Part shown: in pieces, positions 60,703-64,000 of the stretch | Layout: the number at the start of each line of letters is the position of its first letter | Numbering within the stretch: position 1 is the first letter of the stretch | DNA from: Nitrospirota bacterium | Lineage (GTDB): Bacteria; Nitrospirota; Thermodesulfovibrionia; Thermodesulfovibrionales; UBA9159 | NCBI GenBank assembly: GCA_023382175.1 | Contig: JAMCQB010000063.1 | Coordinates: forward strand, 133-64,132 | Direction: 5' to 3' | Length of the DNA stretch: 64,000 nt | Notes under the pieces: model-generated | What the model saw: only the letters and a program-made list of their open reading frames with translations | Database searches by the model: none | Told to the model about the DNA's origin: nothing | Position numbers and translations under genes: made by a program

Positions 60703-61262
60703 TATTTAACCCTTTCGATGTATTCCGACGTCCTCGTGTCGATCCTGATCACATCGCCTTCATTGATATGAAAAGGAACCCTCACCACGGCACCGGTTTC
60801 CAGAGTTGCGGGTTTGGAACCCCCTGATGCCGTATCGCCCTTGAACCCCGGATCCGTTTGGGCCACCACAAGCTCCACAAAGGTCGGCAGCTCCACCGTA
60901 AGGGGTTCACCCCGGTAATTCAGTATCTTTACCTTCATGTTTTCCTTTAAGAATTTCCTGGCATCCCCAAGCTTGGACGCGGTAATGGGGATCTGTTCAA
61001 AGGTCTCCGTATCCATGAAGTAACGGAAATCTCCCTCCGCATAGAGGAACTGCATCTCTTTCTCTTCAAGGTTGGGGGTCTCGAATTTCTCTCCCGACCT
61101 GAAGGTATCCTCAAGAACATTGCCTGTTTTCAGACTCTTCATCTTTGTCCTGATGATGGCCCCTCCTCTCCCCATCTTGACATGCTGGAAATCGACGATT
61201 TCACAGGGCTCTCCCTTGTACTCTATTTTTGCGCCTTTCCTGAATTCATTTGTCGAAATCAA
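60702..61262 (-). CDS. efp: elongation factor P
   Basis: The start was moved to the TTG at 61262, which has AAGGAGG 6 nt upstream, giving (M)[18 protein letters not shown] (186 aa). The ORF-track extension MPSPLEGEGWVVG.. is a translated palindromic repeat. Confidence 0.92.
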   Translation of the reverse strand: MISTNEFRKGAKIEYKGEPCEIVDFQHVKMGRGGAIIRTKMKSLKTGNVLEDTFRSGEKFETPNLEEKEMQFLYAEGDFRYFMDTETFEQIPITASKLGDARKFLKENMKVKILNYRGEPLTVELPTFVELVVAQTDPGFKGDTASGGSKPATLETGAVVRVPFHINEGDVIRIDTRTSEYIERVK

Positions 61263-61297
61263 TGCAACCCTCCTTTTTAAAACATATGACAAGCCCA

Positions 61298-61342
61298 CCA
61301 CCCATCCCTCCCCCTCGAGGGGGGAGGGCAAGGGAGGGGGTG
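61298..61342. repeat. GC-rich nested palindromic element, copy C (intergenic, pepP/efp)
   Basis: CCACCCATCCCTCCCCCTCGAGGGGGGAGGGCAAGGGAGGGGGTG, centred on CTCGAG. It has the same C-run-AT-C-run / G-run-spacer-G-run architecture and the same 45-bp length as copy A. Confidence 0.75.
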
Positions 61343-61359
61343 AAAATCTATTACTTTTT

Positions 61360-62574
61360 CTATATAATTTCCAGACTCCTCGGCAATTTTGTCAATACTT
61401 CCGGTCCATCCGGTTTCACCAGGACCATGTCCTCGATGCGTACCCCACCGAGTCCCGGAAGATAGATTCCCGGCTCCACCGTGAATACCATACTTTCTTC
61501 CAGGGTCTCGCTCCTTGCCCAGGAGATACGTGGCAGCTCATGGACCTCCAGACCCACACCGTGCCCAGTCCCGTGACCGAAGAATTCTCCATACCCGGCA
61601 CTTTTTATAACATCCCTTGCAGCGCTGTCAACCGTCCTGCTTTCGGCGCCTGCCCTTACCGCTGAAACCGCCCGTCTGTTTGCATCAAGCACGTGCCGGA
61701 ATATCTCCCTTTTCCTGGTCAAATCTTCGCCGCGACCATTGGAAGATCCGGATCCTTTGATCAGGAATGTCCTTGTCATATCGGAATAATATCCCCCGGC
61801 TTCTCCCCCCCAGTCCACAACAACGAGGTCCCCGGCGGAAAGTTTCCTGGAGGTAGCCCCGGCATGGGGCATGGCCGCGTTATCCCCGGATGCCACTATT
61901 ATATCAAATGGGATTCGATTACACCCTCTTTTTTTCAGCCTCTCCTCCAGCATGAGGGCTATCTCCCTCTCCCTCCTGCCCTGCCGTATATGCGGCCTGA
62001 CATCGCGGAAGGCATCCTCTGCACGCCTCACCGCCTCCCGTATGGAGCGTATTTCCTCACGGTCTTTCACTTCCCTCAATCTCTCAACGGCATCCCGGAA
62101 GGGCTTAAGTCCGGCGCCGCATTGTGAGAGCCCTTTAAAAAATTCGTACGCAACAGCGGACTCAAAGCCGAGGGTGCGTATTCCGAGGTTCGCAATGAGG
62201 TTTTTTATGATTTTGAGCCTGTCCCCTTTTTCAATGATAATGTCCCATCCGATCCCTCCCCTGGGAGGAGGAAACTCCGTTCTCTTTTCAATGCCCCCAA
62301 CGGAAAGCTCTCTCTCCGCCTGTTCCTTATACCTGAAGTCAGTAACAAATATATTCTTATTTTTCGTGATCAGGACGAAGCCTGAGGAACCCGTGAAACC
62401 GGAAAGGTATCTGACATTGGCGACAGTGGTGACAAGGAATCCCTGCGTCCTCTTCTTCTCGAAGGATTCCCGTAACCCGGCAAGGCGCAATGGGAGATGG
62501 CCGGAAATGGTACTACCCCCTGGAGAGAATGTTTTTTGCAGCAATAAGGGCGAGCAGGTAGCTGTCCGCTCCAA
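61360..62574 (-). CDS. pepP: Xaa-Pro aminopeptidase (M24B family)
   Basis: Creatinase-like N-domain plus the M24 domain ([23 protein letters not shown]). The start is uncertain: the first ATG overlaps aroQ by 62 nt, and a TTG near 62481 is an alternative. It contains a probable 20-codon repeat insert. Confidence 0.88.
   Translation of the reverse strand: MERTATCSPLLLQKTFSPGGSTISGHLPLRLAGLRESFEKKRTQGFLVTTVANVRYLSGFTGSSGFVLITKNKNIFVTDFRYKEQAERELSVGGIEKRTEFPPPRGGIGWDIIIEKGDRLKIIKNLIANLGIRTLGFESAVAYEFFKGLSQCGAGLKPFRDAVERLREVKDREEIRSIREAVRRAEDAFRDVRPHIRQGRREREIALMLEERLKKRGCNRIPFDIIVASGDNAAMPHAGATSRKLSAGDLVVVDWGGEAGGYYSDMTRTFLIKGSGSSNGRGEDLTRKREIFRHVLDANRRAVSAVRAGAESRTVDSAARDVIKSAGYGEFFGHGTGHGVGLEVHELPRISWARSETLEESMVFTVEPGIYLPGLGGVRIEDMVLVKPDGPEVLTKLPRSLEII
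62248..62307. repeat. probable GC-rich palindromic element, copy D (inside the pepP CDS, in frame)
   Basis: It encodes [20 protein letters not shown] between KEQAERE and WDIIIEKG. The DNA has CCCTCCCCTGGGAGGAGG and CTCCGTT..TTTCAATGCCCCC..AACGGA. It shares TTTCAAT-N-CCCCC (GGIE[KR] at the peptide level) with copy B. Confidence 0.5.
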
Positions 62575-62944
62575 AGCCGGTTATCTGGCCCTGGGCTACC
62601 TCTGCGATATAAGACCTTCTCCTGAACTCTTCCCTTTTGTGGATATTCGAAAGATGGACCTCAATAGCAGGCTTGGCAACAGCGGAGACGGCATCACGGA
62701 TGGCTATGCTGGTATGCGTATACGCTCCGGGATTTATGATCAGGCAGTCATAGTCGCCTTTCTGTATGGCATCGATGATCTCTCCCTCGCTGTTTGACTG
62801 CTTCACGGAAACATCCATGCCCATGCCTGATGCCTCCGACTGTATTCTCCGGTTGATGTCCCTGAGGCTGAGAGTCCCGTATACCCCGGGCTCCCTTTTG
62901 CCGAGCAGGTTCAGATTGGGACCATGGATGACTAAAATCTTCAT
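62513..62944 (-). CDS. aroQ: type II 3-dehydroquinate dehydratase
   Basis: The start was moved to [23 protein letters not shown]. The ORF-track extension [13 protein letters not shown] is translated heptamer repeat. Confidence 0.92.
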   Translation of the reverse strand: MKILVIHGPNLNLLGKREPGVYGTLSLRDINRRIQSEASGMGMDVSVKQSNSEGEIIDAIQKGDYDCLIINPGAYTHTSIAIRDAVSAVAKPAIEVHLSNIHKREEFRRRSYIAEVAQGQITGFGADSYLLALIAAKNILSRG

Positions 62945-62946
62945 AT

Positions 62947-63031
62947 AACACGTGACACGTGACACGTAACGCGTAACACGTGACAAACCGGAACGAATTC
63001 TTTATTACTTGTCACGGGTCACGCATCACGG
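62947..63031. repeat. tandem-unit hairpin (ACACGTG heptamer arms)
   Basis: ACACGTG ACACGTG ACACGTA ACGCGTA ACACGTG ACA, ~24 nt, then TGTCACGGGTCACGCATCACGG. It abuts the aroQ ATG. Confidence 0.75.
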
Positions 63032-63034
63032 TCT

Positions 63035-63391
63035 TTAGAATTCTCCCTCTATCTTCGGGACTGAGGTCTTCAGGACAAACCTGCCCTTGCCGTAATTGCC
63101 CTCCGGCCTGATAACAAGGGCTAAATAGTAAGCAGGGTTTATCTGGCGCAGGATAATTCCGCACTTGTCCGATATAATCGAAAATTCCCGCGCGGCGCCG
63201 AGTCCGAGGTCTCTTGCAGCGGAGTTTATGTCCCTTATCATTGTGGATGCTTCCGCACCCAGGTCTTCGAGACTGAGGAGTTTCTCCACGGCGTACTCTT
63301 CAACGGGAATACCGTCAGAGCCCAGTATCATAGCAGACACCGCGCCGTCAACCTTTTCAACAGCCTCTCTCAGGATCTCGGAAAAGCTCAC
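63035..63391 (-). CDS. Roadblock/LC7 (MglB-like) domain protein
   Basis: 118 aa. The pattern AVEKVDGAVSAMILGSDGIPVEEY...FSIISDKCGIILRQINPAYYLALVIRPEGN is typical of the Robl_LC7 fold. The GTG start overlaps the upstream gene's stop by 4 nt. Confidence 0.65.
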   Translation of the reverse strand: MSFSEILREAVEKVDGAVSAMILGSDGIPVEEYAVEKLLSLEDLGAEASTMIRDINSAARDLGLGAAREFSIISDKCGIILRQINPAYYLALVIRPEGNYGKGRFVLKTSVPKIEGEF

Positions 63392-64000
63392 GGCCTCGTG
63401 GGGAACCCCCTCTTCACCGCATCCAGAAATGATTCCAGTTTCGCAATCAGGACCTCATTCCCCTTCCCCATGAGCGTCATCAGGGCTTTCAGTTCTGCCA
63501 CTCTCTGGAGGATCTGTTTATTTTCAGGATCATTGGTCAGGATCTGCCTGTAGGTTTCCAGGGCCTTGTAGAAATTTCCGCCGGCGATGAACGCATCAGC
63601 GGTTGATGCATTCATCGTTTCCAGAGGAGCTCCGGCCTCCTCATTGGGGACGGTAGCTTCCGAAAGATCGGAAACCTCTTCCGCCATCCCGGGGGCTTCG
63701 GTTAAGATATCCCCGAAGGACGATTCATCCGGCATTTCAAATGACTGATCTTCGGGAATCTCGACCACTTCCCCGGCTTTCTCCAGCTCTTCTTCCTCTA
63801 TGCCCGGGAAAGAACCGCTGAACTTGTCAAAGTCACTGCCGAATGCTTCCCCCGGTTCCGCTTCTGCCCTAAGGTGCGCCCCTCCTTCCGGTTCTCCGCC
63901 GGGAAAGGCCCCGGCCGTCCCGGTCTCAGGGGCAAGAGGCGGCTCCGCCACTGCAGAAACAGCTGGCTCTTCTTCAAAGGCGCGTCCCTCGATCTCGCTC
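63388..64000 (-). CDS. acidic low-complexity protein with a C-terminal TPR-like helical segment; 5' end outside the window
   Basis: The frame stays open to the window end. It has an E/D/P/G-rich region and then AFIAGGNFYKALETYRQILTNDPENKQILQRVAELKAL. It is coupled to the Roadblock gene. Confidence 0.5.
   Translation of the reverse strand, partial: SEIEGRAFEEEPAVSAVAEPPLAPETGTAGAFPGGEPEGGAHLRAEAEPGEAFGSDFDKFSGSFPGIEEEELEKAGEVVEIPEDQSFEMPDESSFGDILTEAPGMAEEVSDLSEATVPNEEAGAPLETMNASTADAFIAGGNFYKALETYRQILTNDPENKQILQRVAELKALMTLMGKGNEVLIAKLESFLDAVKRGFPTRP

Noticed and set aside
62945-63031. Short tandem repeats that could be mistaken for a CRISPR array or a coding N-terminal extension of aroQ.
   Set aside because: The units are 7 nt with no spacers, and the second half is the inverted complement. 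The extension [13 protein letters not shown] starts at a TTG and is simply the translated heptamers. Homology places the start at [10 protein letters not shown].

Overview
A 64-kb chromosomal segment from what looks like an anaerobic bacterium. The gene content includes futalosine-type menaquinone synthesis, CooS/CooF CO dehydrogenase, GH57, large multihaem cytochromes c, an LDH-type Mdh and a candidate Re-citrate synthase. Together with the repeat families, this is compatible with a Nitrospirota/Thermodesulfovibrionia-like or Desulfobacterota-like lineage, but I cannot verify that here.

I support about 60 protein genes, mostly housekeeping:
- ppsR-ppsA, uvrA, mqnE-like, an M48 protease and an LTA-synthase-family protein
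- a CO module (rcoM-like regulator, cooF, cooS, FAD oxidoreductase)
- two multihaem cytochromes, mutS, gcvH-lpdA plus an unknown 460-aa gene, eno-ftsB, GH57
- two tandem paralogous hybrid histidine kinases
- pdxJ/acpS, rnc-fabF-acpP-fabG, an HMGL-family synthase plus icd, a CNNM/CorC protein, mdh, ndk, clpC, tlpA
- a liv ABC operon with an embedded GAF-GGDEF gene
- a PilZ-REC protein, thiE, accBC, efp, pepP, aroQ

I found no rRNA, tRNA, CRISPR array, transposase or integrase.

The most unusual signal is not a gene cluster. It is an exceptional load of small non-autonomous palindromic repeats of several families:
1. GC-rich C-run/G-run palindromes are inserted in frame into conserved genes (uvrA, a histidine kinase, pepP). 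A tandem paralogue provides an internal 'empty site' control for the kinase copy.
2. A 149-bp MITE is present twice, each copy with terminal inverted repeats and 9-11-bp flanking direct repeats.
3. 'Tandem-unit arm' hairpins are built from 6-9-nt units. One sits in frame inside mqnE, one pair brackets a GxxExxY gene wedged between pdxJ and acpS, and one abuts the aroQ start codon.
4. Two REP-like hairpin families are present (gtcattccNgc and gtcattgcgag).

Secondary points of interest:
- an RcoM-type (PAS-LytTR) regulator next to the coo genes
- a truncated mscL at that module's edge
- an 11-bp tandem direct repeat next to a strong promoter for a 12-haem cytochrome
- a small accessory islet carrying an AbiGi-like remnant and a DUF433/DUF5615 pair

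Start codons were re-chosen where the ORF track extends through repeats. Repeat coordinates were read by eye and may be off by 1-2 nt.
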